This document shows, piece by piece, positions 1 to 8,559 of a stretch of 64,000 nucleotides of DNA (within the stretch, counting starts at the first letter, position 1; every line of letters starts with the position of its first letter). The translations under genes and the position numbers were made by a program. The DNA is from a virus (Duplodnaviria > Caudoviricetes), in the IMG/VR virus record IMGVR_UViG_3300042888_002988, positions 64,001 through 128,000 of that record. The stretch is one strand, 5' to 3'. The notes under the pieces are model-generated. The model was given only the letters and a program-made list of their open reading frames with translations. It was not told the origin of the DNA and searched no databases.

Positions 1-1
1 C

Positions 2-271
2 GACGGCGAGCTCTCCGGCTCGCGCAAGTCGTTCCTTGCCAACCCTGACCGCCGGGTGACCATCGCCCAGCAGCAGGACGCCCTGCGCCTTGAGGTGCTC
101 AAGCTGGTCATCGAGACCAAGCAGGCCGAGAACGCTGCGAAGCGTGAGGCTGCCGACAAGCGCGCACGGAAGGAATTCCTGGAGCGCCTGCTCGAGAAGA
201 AGAAGATCGACCAGCTCGAGTCGCTGTCCGCCGAGGACATCGAGAAGGAGCTTGCTTCGATCGAGGCCTAA
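2..271 (+). CDS. Hypothetical phage protein, 5-prime truncated by the window
   Basis: Frame open from position 2 (DGELSGSRKSFLANPDRRVTI...KELASIEA). Helical, charged C-terminus resembles a small family often seen near phage vWA genes (recalled, not searched). Confidence 0.7.
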   Translation, partial: DGELSGSRKSFLANPDRRVTIAQQQDALRLEVLKLVIETKQAENAAKREAADKRARKEFLERLLEKKKIDQLESLSAEDIEKELASIEA

Positions 272-368
272 TCAGCCACGCACGCACAGCACGAGGACAC
301 ATCGCCCTGATCGGGGGCTAGAGTTTCACTGCCGGGCGCCGATCGAGCCCGGCATTCTACAACCACAC

Positions 369-767
369 ATGTTACGCAAAATCGAAATCAACGCCGTCCT
401 GAACGGCTTCATCGTCCAAGTCGGCTGCACCGCTGTCGTCTTCGAGTCTGTGCCCAAGATGCTCGAAGAGCTGGGCAAGTATCTCGCTGATCCTGCTGCC
501 ACCGAGAAGGCCTACCAGACCGACAGCATCAATGCTGACAAGCTGGGGCTGGCGAGGCCTGTCGATGAACGGCCCGTCGAGCGCGCCGCGCGCATCCTGC
601 GTGACAGGAATGTCGGCGAATCTCTCGGTGGTATCGCCGCAGGAGCAGGCGCTATGCTGGGGCAAGCCATCGCCGAAGGCCGCCTCGCCGATCTGCGCAC
701 GGCTCAGGCGATGGCCGAAGATCCAGGTGACGCTTGCGTCGGCCAGGGTCCCGTAGGCGACCGCTGA
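369..767 (+). CDS. Hypothetical protein
   Basis: ATG at 369 after an AC-rich leader (aaccacac); MLRKIEINAVLNGFIVQVGC... The upstream part of track ORF 90..767 overlaps the previous gene and reads like shadow sequence. Confidence 0.7.
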   Translation: MLRKIEINAVLNGFIVQVGCTAVVFESVPKMLEELGKYLADPAATEKAYQTDSINADKLGLARPVDERPVERAARILRDRNVGESLGGIAAGAGAMLGQAIAEGRLADLRTAQAMAEDPGDACVGQGPVGDR

Positions 768-790
768 CCTGACCGTCAGCACTGACAAAC

Positions 791-815
791 CCGGGGCGTC
801 TCGCTGGCGTCTCGG
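791..815 (+). terminator. Hairpin, possible weak terminator
   Basis: CCGGGGCGTC-TCGCT-GGCGTCTCGG, a 10-bp stem with G-U pairs just after the stop at 767; poor U-tract. Confidence 0.35.
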
Positions 816-863
816 TATTGAGGAAAAATTGGAAAAATCAGAACTATCACATCAAACATCATT

Positions 864-1298
864 ATGTCCGACGAAGACACCACCACCCCAGTCGCGCCCG
901 CCATCAAAGGTCAATTCGCCAAGGCGCTCACCGCGTCCAATGCGAAGATCAAACTGTCGCGCGCCCTCCAGCTCACCGAGACCACCCGCACGACCTATCG
1001 TCGCCGCGTGGAGGACTTGGCGAACGACATCCGCATGAAGACCCTGGAAGCCCAAGGCCAACTCGACCTGCGCGGTGACAGCGCGTTGTCGCTGAACCCG
1101 GCCGCCAAGGACTTCTCCGCGGTTGACTGGGTCCAAGCGAATATCGAGGCTCGCATGGACATCCGCAACCTCCGCATTAAGCTCGCCGTCACCTACTACG
1201 GTTACTGCGATCTCTTCGGAGAAGACCAGACGCTGATCCAGGGCATCGACATCTCCGGTGTTGATGGCTCCAACATCATCATTCCCCTGCTCGACTAA
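864..1298 (+). CDS. Conserved helical phage hypothetical protein
   Basis: 144 aa; YRRRVEDL...LDLRGDSALSLNPAAKDF...IRNLRIKL...LFG resembles a phage family recalled near vWA/PurA-like genes; AC-rich leader. Confidence 0.75.
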   Translation: MSDEDTTTPVAPAIKGQFAKALTASNAKIKLSRALQLTETTRTTYRRRVEDLANDIRMKTLEAQGQLDLRGDSALSLNPAAKDFSAVDWVQANIEARMDIRNLRIKLAVTYYGYCDLFGEDQTLIQGIDISGVDGSNIIIPLLD

Positions 1299-1335
1299 CA
1301 CCAACCACAACCACCAACAATTAGAGACTACCATT

Positions 1336-1524
1336 ATGGGAGCACCACAAACATACGACGCCAAGCCCACCACCCCAGCGCCAGCTGAGGTCACCGAAAC
1401 CCCAGCAGCACCGGCCGTCGAGGCCTCGCCAGCTGAGACCACCGAGCCGGAGGTCGGATACCCGGGCGACCCAGTCGGCGAACCCGGCGAAGAAGGTCCT
1501 GCAGGCGAACCAGCCGCTGAGTAA
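1336..1524 (+). CDS. Small acidic Pro/Glu-rich low-complexity protein
   Basis: ATG 1336 after an AC-rich leader; MGAPQTYDAKPTTPAPAEVTETPAAP... Confidence 0.55.
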   Translation: MGAPQTYDAKPTTPAPAEVTETPAAPAVEASPAETTEPEVGYPGDPVGEPGEEGPAGEPAAE

Positions 1525-1555
1525 GCTCAACCTCTAACCCACGACACGTAAAAAT

Positions 1556-2512
1556 ATGGGAAATTCAGGTTACAGCTTCTCGGCCCGCGCCACTCGCAGC
1601 GCCACCCTCGGCTATGCCGCGGCCTCTGCGGGCGACGCGCGGGTATTCCGACAAAACGCACTGAAGCGCGTCAACGAGGGGATGGACCCTTCGCAAATCA
1701 TCCGGCGTGAAGCCCGTGATAGCGAAGCCCACCCCCTGTCCGTCCCGATCGTCCTCAAGCTGGATGTCACCGGGTCCATGGGTCGCATCCCGGCCGAACT
1801 GATCAAGGGTGATCTGCCTCATCTGATGGGGCACCTGGTGGAAGGCGAACGCGAATGTCCTGACGCAGCCCTGCTGTTCATGGCAGTGGGTGACCTGTTC
1901 TCGGACAGTGGTCCGCTGCAGGTCGGCCAGTTCGAGTCCGGCGACGCCGAGCTTGACCACTGGCTCACCACCACGTGGATCGAGGGTAACGGCGGCAACA
2001 ACGATGGCGAGAGCTACTCGTTGGGCTGGTTGTTCGCTCTCAACATGATCGAGACGGACGCCTGGGACAAGCGCAAGGAGCGCGGGCTGTTCATCAGCGT
2101 CGGAGACGAGCCGCTGCATCGCGAGATGCCAGTGTCGAAACTCCGCCAGCTGTTCGGGAACAACTTCGACAAGGTCGTGGAAGGTCTGGAGTTCAGTGGC
2201 AACACCATCCAGTCCGCCGACGTCTTGGCCAAGTTGAAGAAGCGTTGGAACGTCCACCACATCCAAGTGGGGGAAGGTGCCGACGGCTTCCACACGAACA
2301 GCTGGAAGATGCTGGGCGAAGGCTACCACACGATCTGCCGTGACTGTTCCGTCGCGGACAAGACCAGGGAGATCATCAAGGCCCACATGGCCAGCGGCCG
2401 TCGCAGTGCCGCAGCCGTCACGGAACCGGCCCCCGTCGAGGCTGCTGCAGGTGAGCCTGCGCAACCGGGAACCCCGACGCCTCCCAAGGCGTCGATTCCT
2501 GAACCGCTCTGA
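1556..2512 (+). CDS. von Willebrand factor A (vWA) domain protein
   Basis: MIDAS-like LDVTGSM, downstream VGD, GNGGNNDGESY and FISVGDE motifs; Pro/Ala-rich tail. Confidence 0.85.
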   Translation: MGNSGYSFSARATRSATLGYAAASAGDARVFRQNALKRVNEGMDPSQIIRREARDSEAHPLSVPIVLKLDVTGSMGRIPAELIKGDLPHLMGHLVEGERECPDAALLFMAVGDLFSDSGPLQVGQFESGDAELDHWLTTTWIEGNGGNNDGESYSLGWLFALNMIETDAWDKRKERGLFISVGDEPLHREMPVSKLRQLFGNNFDKVVEGLEFSGNTIQSADVLAKLKKRWNVHHIQVGEGADGFHTNSWKMLGEGYHTICRDCSVADKTREIIKAHMASGRRSAAAVTEPAPVEAAAGEPAQPGTPTPPKASIPEPL

Positions 2513-2526
2513 ACTGAGCACTACTG

Positions 2527-2559
2527 GGCGCCGGTGGCTTCGTGCTGCCGGCGCCTTTT
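2527..2559 (+). terminator. Rho-independent terminator
   Basis: GGCGCCGGTGGC-TTCGT-GCTGCCGGCGCC followed by TTTT, after the vWA stop. Confidence 0.7.
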
Positions 2560-2571
2560 CCTTTCCAAAGC

Positions 2572-2769
2572 ATGAGCCGCACACCTTCACAACTGTCCAT
2601 CGATCTGATCGAGGCCATGGTCAACGACCCCAAACTACCCAAGAAGCTGCGCGAATTTCAACGTGGGCAGCTGGCCGACCTGAAGAGCAGGCGGGCTGCA
2701 GCACTTGTCGAAAAGCGTCCCAATCCGTTCTCCAGATTTGTAGATCACCTCGAAAAAGAATCACCATGA
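2572..2769 (+). CDS. Small hypothetical protein
   Basis: ATG 2572; stop overlaps the start of the next gene (ATGA). Confidence 0.6.
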   Translation: MSRTPSQLSIDLIEAMVNDPKLPKKLREFQRGQLADLKSRRAAALVEKRPNPFSRFVDHLEKESP

Positions 2770-4118
2770 AACACGCACACATCATCACAGACCTCGGCTT
2801 TGGCGACTCCGGAAAAGGAGCCGTCACTGACCGCCTCGCATCCTACTGCAAGAGCGACAACGTGGTTGTCGTCCGCTACACCGGCGGCAGCCAGGCCGGC
2901 CACACCGTCGACCTCAATGATCCCGGCGGCACCGATCCGCTGCTGCGCCACATCCACTCCTCGTTCGCATCGGGGGCGCTGGGAGGCGTCCCGAGCCACA
3001 TGTCGCAATACTGCCCGATCTACCCGCAGAATCTGGTGCGCGAGGCGGCCGTCCTGCGCGACAAGAATCCGGAATACAACGCCAGGCAGAACAACACCGC
3101 GGATCCACTCGCACCGTTGATCACGGTATACGACGTGGCCTGGAACCGCATCACGCAGACCAACACCAACACGGTGGGCATCGGCATCGGCGCCACCATG
3201 GAGCGCATGCTGCATTCCGAGAACCGCACGTTCATGATCGACGTGACGCACCGTCACGTGCTGACGCACAAGCTGGCACGCGTGCAGGACTACTACCTGA
3301 GCAAGATCGCTGCGATGTGCCCCGATAAGCTCCACGACTTCATGGCGGTGACCGAGCACGAGGACCTGTCCCCCGAGGATGCGTGGGACTACATCGAGTT
3401 CCGCCCCACACCTTGGGTGTTGGCCAAATACGACAACGTGATCTTCGAGGGTGCCCAGGGCATCATGCTCGACCAGGACCACGGGTTCATGCCGCACGTG
3501 ACCTGGGGCCGCACCACGAGCCGCAACGCCGTCGAGATCATCAACGCCTACGGCCGGTGCCAAGAAGTGACCACGCACCATGTGACCCGGGCCTACCAGA
3601 CTCGCCATGGCGACGGTCCAATGACCATGCCTCGCACGCACTCGATTGCGCCCAATGACCTGACCAACGTGACCAATCCGTTTCAAGGTGAGCTGCGCGT
3701 GAGCGGGCTGGACGTGAATCTGCTGACCTTCGCCGCCGCCGTGGACGACACCTACCTTCAGCAGCTGAAGTGTCATCGCAACCCCATGCAGCTGCATGTC
3801 ACTTGCTGCGACCACCTGGATCCGGACGCCTTGCTTCAGGTGAAGCGACAGCTGATGCAGCAGATCAAGCTCAAAGGCCCCATCACCTGCTGGTATGGTC
3901 CAACACGCCGCGCCATTCATTCTGACCTCGCATTCCTGCCGGCAGTGAGCATGGCAGAAGCCTATGAGGCCGTCCTTGGCGGGGTCATGGCGATAGCACC
4001 GGATTTTTATAGCTTGGCACTCGAACAGATGGCGCAGCTAATGGGCCGCACCAACGATGACGCCTTCCGCGCCGAGGTAGCGGAGCATGGCCGATCATTG
4101 CCGAGCGACATGGATTGA
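2766..4118 (+). CDS. purA: Adenylosuccinate synthetase-like (PurA family) protein, divergent
   Basis: LGFGDSGKG P-loop, RYTGGSQAGHT, FEGAQGIMLD and RAYQTRHGDGP are PurA signature blocks; start at ATG 2766. Confidence 0.85.
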   Translation: MKHAHIITDLGFGDSGKGAVTDRLASYCKSDNVVVVRYTGGSQAGHTVDLNDPGGTDPLLRHIHSSFASGALGGVPSHMSQYCPIYPQNLVREAAVLRDKNPEYNARQNNTADPLAPLITVYDVAWNRITQTNTNTVGIGIGATMERMLHSENRTFMIDVTHRHVLTHKLARVQDYYLSKIAAMCPDKLHDFMAVTEHEDLSPEDAWDYIEFRPTPWVLAKYDNVIFEGAQGIMLDQDHGFMPHVTWGRTTSRNAVEIINAYGRCQEVTTHHVTRAYQTRHGDGPMTMPRTHSIAPNDLTNVTNPFQGELRVSGLDVNLLTFAAAVDDTYLQQLKCHRNPMQLHVTCCDHLDPDALLQVKRQLMQQIKLKGPITCWYGPTRRAIHSDLAFLPAVSMAEAYEAVLGGVMAIAPDFYSLALEQMAQLMGRTNDDAFRAEVAEHGRSLPSDMD

Positions 4119-4236
4119 CGACCTGCGCATTATAAAATGCGTATACGAGGAAAATCGCTTGACGTTATGCGCCGGCGGTCATTAGTCATTGGTCGAAGAC
4201 CATGAGGTCGTTCTAACACTAGCAAACCACATACAC

Positions 4237-4455
4237 ATGAAACTGAAAGCAAACCAGATCGCTGACCTTGAGAAAATCGCCGCTGCCGAGAAGCCAGGCC
4301 TTCCCGAAAAGCAAGTCCACTTCCGTGTGCGCGCGGTACTCACCAGTGCCGGCCTGATCAAGGCTACCGATAAGAAGGGTGTCGTCACCCTTACCATCAC
4401 CGCCGAAGGCCGCAAGGCTCTGAAGGCTGCAGCCAAGGCTCTGGCACCAGCCTAA
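4237..4455 (+). CDS. Small basic protein, possible winged-helix DNA binder
   Basis: VLTSAGLIK...TLTITAEGRKAL resembles a wHTH wing; AC-rich leader; TTGACG at 4159-4164 upstream may be a -35 element. Confidence 0.6.
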   Translation: MKLKANQIADLEKIAAAEKPGLPEKQVHFRVRAVLTSAGLIKATDKKGVVTLTITAEGRKALKAAAKALAPA

Positions 4456-4472
4456 TCGGTAACCATCGACTC

Positions 4473-4508
4473 AGGGCCCCACGTGTCATGCGTGGGGCCC
4501 TTTTTATT
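4473..4508 (+). terminator. Rho-independent terminator
   Basis: AGGGCCCCACG-TGTCATG-CGTGGGGCCCT followed by a T run. Confidence 0.8.
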
Positions 4509-4511
4509 GCC

Positions 4512-5177
4512 ATGATCACAATCACGATTTCAAACGCAGCGTGGGGCTACCTCACCGACCTGCCGGACTATACCGGCGGAAAGATTTTCAAGAAGGGCAA
4601 GCTGCCGCTCGACGGCCGGCACTCATTCAAGCCGGGGCTCGGCGACACGATCATCCCGGGCGTAACGGACAAGTCGCTTCTGGGCAACATGCCTGGCGGC
4701 TATGGCTTCGTCCGCCCATGGGACACCGAGGGCCGGGTCGCCGAGCTGGCGCTCAACGTCGACTGGCAGAAGGCCCGCGTGCCACGCCTAGATTACTACG
4801 TGGCCATGATCAACGGCTCGCCGTGCCCGGATGCCGTGCGGCTTTACTACCCTGAGCGGGTGTTTGTCACCGGCGAGGGCAACGACGGCGAGGATCTCGA
4901 TCGAGTGGATATCCTCAAGCATCTGCGGGCAGTCGACATCCGAGCGACCTCGCACTTCTGGCTGCCGTGCCAGATCTTCCACGGCCTGAAGCAGGGCGGG
5001 ATTCCCAACATCAGTGCCGGCCTGCGGTCTGACACGGACATGGGCGCCTCGTGGTATGAGGTGTGCAACCGTCTGGCCGCCAAGCTGCCGGCGGGCTACG
5101 AGTGGTATTTCAGTGGCGGCCGATACGGTGAGCTGTTCATCACCGAGGACCGAGCCAAATACCCCGAAGCACAATGA
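4512..5177 (+). CDS. Hypothetical protein
   Basis: Long ORF with gene-like codon usage; ATG 4512 chosen because the track start lies inside the terminator; ATGA overlap with next gene. Confidence 0.7.
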   Translation: MITITISNAAWGYLTDLPDYTGGKIFKKGKLPLDGRHSFKPGLGDTIIPGVTDKSLLGNMPGGYGFVRPWDTEGRVAELALNVDWQKARVPRLDYYVAMINGSPCPDAVRLYYPERVFVTGEGNDGEDLDRVDILKHLRAVDIRATSHFWLPCQIFHGLKQGGIPNISAGLRSDTDMGASWYEVCNRLAAKLPAGYEWYFSGGRYGELFITEDRAKYPEAQ

Positions 5178-5509
5178 AATGGAAAGCCGGCCGACAAGGA
5201 TCGGGCTACTTCAAGCTCACGCTATTCAGTAGCCAGTGGTTGAAATGTGATTGTCACATCATACGCCTGCCGAAAGGCGCGCGAGTACCGCCACACCGGG
5301 ATCCATGCCCGGCCGGATGGGAGCACCACCGCATCAACCTGACTCTGTGCGCTGCCCAGCTGGGCGGCGTCACGTTCTGTGAGCACCCGCCGCACCCACG
5401 CGGTCGCATCTACCGCTTCCGCCCCGACCAGGTCTACCATTGGGTGACCATGGTCCGGGAAGGATCGCTGTGGCTGCTGAGCGTGGGCTGGCTCACCCGC
5501 ATCAAATAA
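5174..5509 (+). CDS. 2OG-Fe(II) dioxygenase/cupin-like protein
   Basis: VPPHRD (HxD) and distal VYHWV (H) metal triad in a beta-rich 111-aa protein. Confidence 0.65.
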   Translation: MKWKAGRQGSGYFKLTLFSSQWLKCDCHIIRLPKGARVPPHRDPCPAGWEHHRINLTLCAAQLGGVTFCEHPPHPRGRIYRFRPDQVYHWVTMVREGSLWLLSVGWLTRIK

Positions 5510-5524
5510 ACACATCTACAAATC

Positions 5525-6310
5525 ATGATACAAGAATCCAAACGCAAATCAGACCTACTCGCACTACTGCTCACCCTCACCGGCAACAAGGGAATCACGC
5601 CTGACTCCGCCTTGCGCGGCGACCTCGACTTCGACTCGATGGACTTCGTCGAGCTGCTGAGCGAGATGGAGGAGCACTTCGACATCGACATTCCGGACTC
5701 GGCTGAGTTCGCCACCAATGAGAGCGCCACCGTCATGGACATCCTGCGCTTCCTCGACGACCACCTCGGACCTGAATACCCGGACGAGCACGGGCTGCTC
5801 AACCTGACCGACGAACAGTTCATCAACCGCTACATCCCGGAGACCGAAGAAGGCGGTGGATACTTCCGCCAGCGTGAGTGGAGCGACAGCCGGGAGGATC
5901 TGGTTGCCGCCGTCGAGAAGAAATGCTGCTGGACCGCTGCGAGCGATGACAACGGCGACTTCTGCATCGTGTGGGGTAACCGCACAGTGAACCGCCTCTA
6001 CAACATCATCACGAGCCATCCCATCGAGGACGAGGCGTGGGAGGTGCAGGTGCCGGAGGAGGTCGGCCCGCGTATCCTGTGTGACGTCGACTGGGACACT
6101 ACGGAAGGCAACGAGGACGGTGAGCGCCCGGAGGATCCGGATCTGCCGAAACAGGTCGTGGTGCGCCTCTACAACTTGGGCATGGGGGAGATGACGGACG
6201 ACGTCGCCGACACCATCGCCATCACCGACTACCTGTCCAACGAGTATGGGTTCTGCGTAAACTCATTCACCTGGCGGGCGCTGGCCGAGGGAGAGGAGGT
6301 AGAGTCGTGA
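5525..6310 (+). CDS. Acyl carrier protein domain fused to two acidic phage domains
   Basis: N-terminal ITPDSALRGDLDFDSMDFVELLSEMEEHFDIDIPD...TVMDILRFL is an ACP signature with the DS phosphopantetheine serine; about 180 further aa follow. Confidence 0.8.
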   Translation: MIQESKRKSDLLALLLTLTGNKGITPDSALRGDLDFDSMDFVELLSEMEEHFDIDIPDSAEFATNESATVMDILRFLDDHLGPEYPDEHGLLNLTDEQFINRYIPETEEGGGYFRQREWSDSREDLVAAVEKKCCWTAASDDNGDFCIVWGNRTVNRLYNIITSHPIEDEAWEVQVPEEVGPRILCDVDWDTTEGNEDGERPEDPDLPKQVVVRLYNLGMGEMTDDVADTIAITDYLSNEYGFCVNSFTWRALAEGEEVES

Positions 6311-6825
6311 GAGATGACGCACACGAACTGCTCAAGAGCGACCTGATGCGCATGGCGGAGCTGTTGGAGCGGCTGAGCGTGAATACGCTGCCGCCAGCAT
6401 CAAAAATCGCTGAATCATTCGCTACGTCGACGACGCGCGGAAACAAATCGCTGCTCGCGCTGTCCGCTGATAACATCCAGGTGACGCTGCAGATCGCGCA
6501 CGACATCCACGAGCACATTCGGATCGCCACCGATCCGCGCACGGAGATGGCCAGGTGCATCGGCATCTTCCGGGATGACGGTGGCACGGCCCTCGCCTAC
6601 GCGGTGGTGCTCTGCACCGGCGACGAGCTGAACCAGGGCCATCATTACGACATGGTGCGTGAATGGGCTGAAGATCATGCCGGCTACGACGTGGCAATAG
6701 GTGACCCTGTGGTGGACGATAATGACGGTGAGTTTAGCAGCTTCTCGACTTTCGAGTGGTCATCTATCTCCCCTCGTGATTGGCTTGTTTCGGCTCAGAT
6801 AAGGGCCACATTCCTACTCGAATGA
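6307..6825 (+). CDS. Hypothetical protein
   Basis: GTGA overlap with previous stop; 172 aa. Confidence 0.65.
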   Translation: MRDDAHELLKSDLMRMAELLERLSVNTLPPASKIAESFATSTTRGNKSLLALSADNIQVTLQIAHDIHEHIRIATDPRTEMARCIGIFRDDGGTALAYAVVLCTGDELNQGHHYDMVREWAEDHAGYDVAIGDPVVDDNDGEFSSFSTFEWSSISPRDWLVSAQIRATFLLE

Positions 6826-7307
6826 AAACTCCCCGCGAACCCGACCAACCAACCTCCGAGCCCTGCACCGCCGGGGATAACCTGACATTCATGATTGCCC
6901 GCTCGAAGCGCGGTGAGCCGATCTGGCAAACCAACCGCAAGGGCCGGCCGTTCATCATCGAGTCCAACGGCATCACCAAACGGAACCTGGGAGCGTTCTG
7001 GTGGTGGCCCTGGTGGCCGTCCACGATGCGTCGCTTGCCCAAGCCACACCTGACCTACAGCCAGGTGGCGGTGGCCAACGAGAAGTCCAAGCTGATCCTG
7101 CGTGCTCTCCGCAACGGTCCCATCTACTTAGAGAAGGGATTCCTGAAGGGGCGCGACAACAAGATCATCACCACGAAATCCATCTCCCGGATTGTCCTGC
7201 ACTGGCTGGAAGGCTGCGGCGTCGTGCTCAAGCGCACGCCAATGCGCGGCGGTCGGGTCATGCTGGACATCGACGTGGAGGAAACCAACAAGAACAATGT
7301 CCGATAA
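6822..7307 (+). CDS. Hypothetical basic protein
   Basis: ATG 6822 overlaps the previous stop (ATGA). Confidence 0.65.
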   Translation: MKTPREPDQPTSEPCTAGDNLTFMIARSKRGEPIWQTNRKGRPFIIESNGITKRNLGAFWWWPWWPSTMRRLPKPHLTYSQVAVANEKSKLILRALRNGPIYLEKGFLKGRDNKIITTKSISRIVLHWLEGCGVVLKRTPMRGGRVMLDIDVEETNKNNVR

Positions 7308-7319
7308 ACCACCAACATC

Positions 7320-7505
7320 ATGATCAACAGAGAAGTCGTAGCCGAAGCCTTGTATACCGCCTATTGCGCCGCAGTCGGCGGAGTCGCCTTCAACGGTGAC
7401 CCGCTACCTGACTGGGCCACCTTCGCCGCCGATCCGACGAAGGAGAAACAATCGAACGCGTGGTTGGCAGCCGCTGATCGCGCCATGGAACTCCTGATGC
7501 CGTGA
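7320..7505 (+). CDS. Small phage hypothetical protein
   Basis: AEALYTAYCAAVGGVAFNGDPLPDW...NAWLAAA; coupled to the next gene. Confidence 0.7.
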   Translation: MINREVVAEALYTAYCAAVGGVAFNGDPLPDWATFAADPTKEKQSNAWLAAADRAMELLMP

Positions 7506-7960
7506 ACGACCACCCACCGGTTCTGTTCCTGGATGTTGACGGCGTGCTCAACCGGTGCGGCGCTTCGAACCAGGGGCTCGAGACGGACAAGTGTGACCGC
7601 CTGGCGAACCTGTGCCGGCTCACCGGCTGCAGGGTCGTGGTGAGTTCGACATGGCGCAAGAAGGAGCACCAGATGGATCGCCTCCTGGGACTGTTCCGAA
7701 GCCGTGGAATCGTTTGCATCGGGCAGACGCCAGAGCTGGTGGCAGAGCGCAAGCTGCTGGACGGCTTTATGCTCTACACCGCGAAGCCACGCCGGGACGA
7801 GATTCGGGCATGGCTCGACGCACACCCCCGCGTGGCCCGCTACGCCATACTGGACGATGACCCAGGCGCAGATGACAACACCGGTCGCTTTGTGCGGACC
7901 AATTCGGATGATGGGCTGCAGGACAGCCACGTCGCTAAGCTACAACAACTTTTAAGGTGA
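7502..7960 (+). CDS. HAD-superfamily phosphatase (HAD_SAK_2-like)
   Basis: VLFLDVDGVLN (DxD motif I), VVVSSTWR (motif II), R-DEIRAWL, YAILDDD (motif IV). Confidence 0.85.
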   Translation: MNDHPPVLFLDVDGVLNRCGASNQGLETDKCDRLANLCRLTGCRVVVSSTWRKKEHQMDRLLGLFRSRGIVCIGQTPELVAERKLLDGFMLYTAKPRRDEIRAWLDAHPRVARYAILDDDPGADDNTGRFVRTNSDDGLQDSHVAKLQQLLR

Positions 7961-8041
7961 GCCTGTGGCCCGCCTATAGGTGATAGATAATAGAGTAATA
8001 AATAAAACAACCAACGCTATTAAATAGGAAATACCACAACA

Positions 8042-8515
8042 ATGGAAGAGAACAGCAAACCCGAACCAACCGACAGCAAACCACATAAGAAGACCAAATC
8101 CTACAGGACCCTGGTTGCCGATGAGAAGACCTTGGTGATAGCGTGGATGAGAGACCACGCAGAGGAGCTTCACGACAAAACCGCGAAGCAACTCATGACT
8201 TTGGTATCGGACGGCGTTGGATTCCCTGTGTCGGACAGCACCATGCCTTTCCTCTGCGACAACGCCGGCGTCAGGCTCAAGGTCAGGCCGAAGCGGGTTA
8301 AGAAGCCAGAGCCAGAGCCGGAACCCGAGCCACCGACGCTTGAAAATCTCGCCGAGCGCCTCGACCGCCTTGAAACGGCCATCACCGCCTACAGATCAGA
8401 GACGGTGCAGGCCACCTCTCGACTGGTCGCTGAGAACCAGCGGCTGAACACTGAGAACCAGCAGCTGAAAGCACCGTTGCTGCCGTTCGACGAGCCAGGG
8501 AAGGCCGCCAGCTGA
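8042..8515 (+). CDS. Hypothetical protein with possible HTH, Pro-Glu linker and coiled coil
   Basis: Follows an AT-rich intergenic stretch (7961-8041); PEPEPEPEP linker then a heptad-rich C-terminus. Confidence 0.65.
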   Translation: MEENSKPEPTDSKPHKKTKSYRTLVADEKTLVIAWMRDHAEELHDKTAKQLMTLVSDGVGFPVSDSTMPFLCDNAGVRLKVRPKRVKKPEPEPEPEPPTLENLAERLDRLETAITAYRSETVQATSRLVAENQRLNTENQQLKAPLLPFDEPGKAAS

Positions 8516-8521
8516 TACGAC

Positions 8522-8559
8522 TCGCCAACGGCCGGCGTCGGGTGTAGATTCGCCGCATG
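8522..8559 (+). promoter_or_regulatory. Sigma70-like promoter, leaderless geometry
   Basis: TCGCCA-N17-TAGATT-N6-ATG(8557). Confidence 0.5.

Noticed and set aside
332-358. Terminator at the TGCCGGGC/GCCCGGCA hairpin
   Set aside because: The stem is real but lacks a U-tract and lies just before a start codon; its role cannot be assigned.
90-368. N-terminal extension of ORF 90-767
   Set aside because: It overlaps the preceding real gene out of frame and reads as Ser/Arg-rich shadow sequence; ATG 369 has a typical AC-rich leader.
2766-4118. PurZ and a diaminopurine (Z-base) genome
   Set aside because: The P-loop keeps Asp (GDSGKG) where PurZ has Ser (GSTGKG), and no dATPase/DatZ or MazZ-like gene is recognisable in the window.
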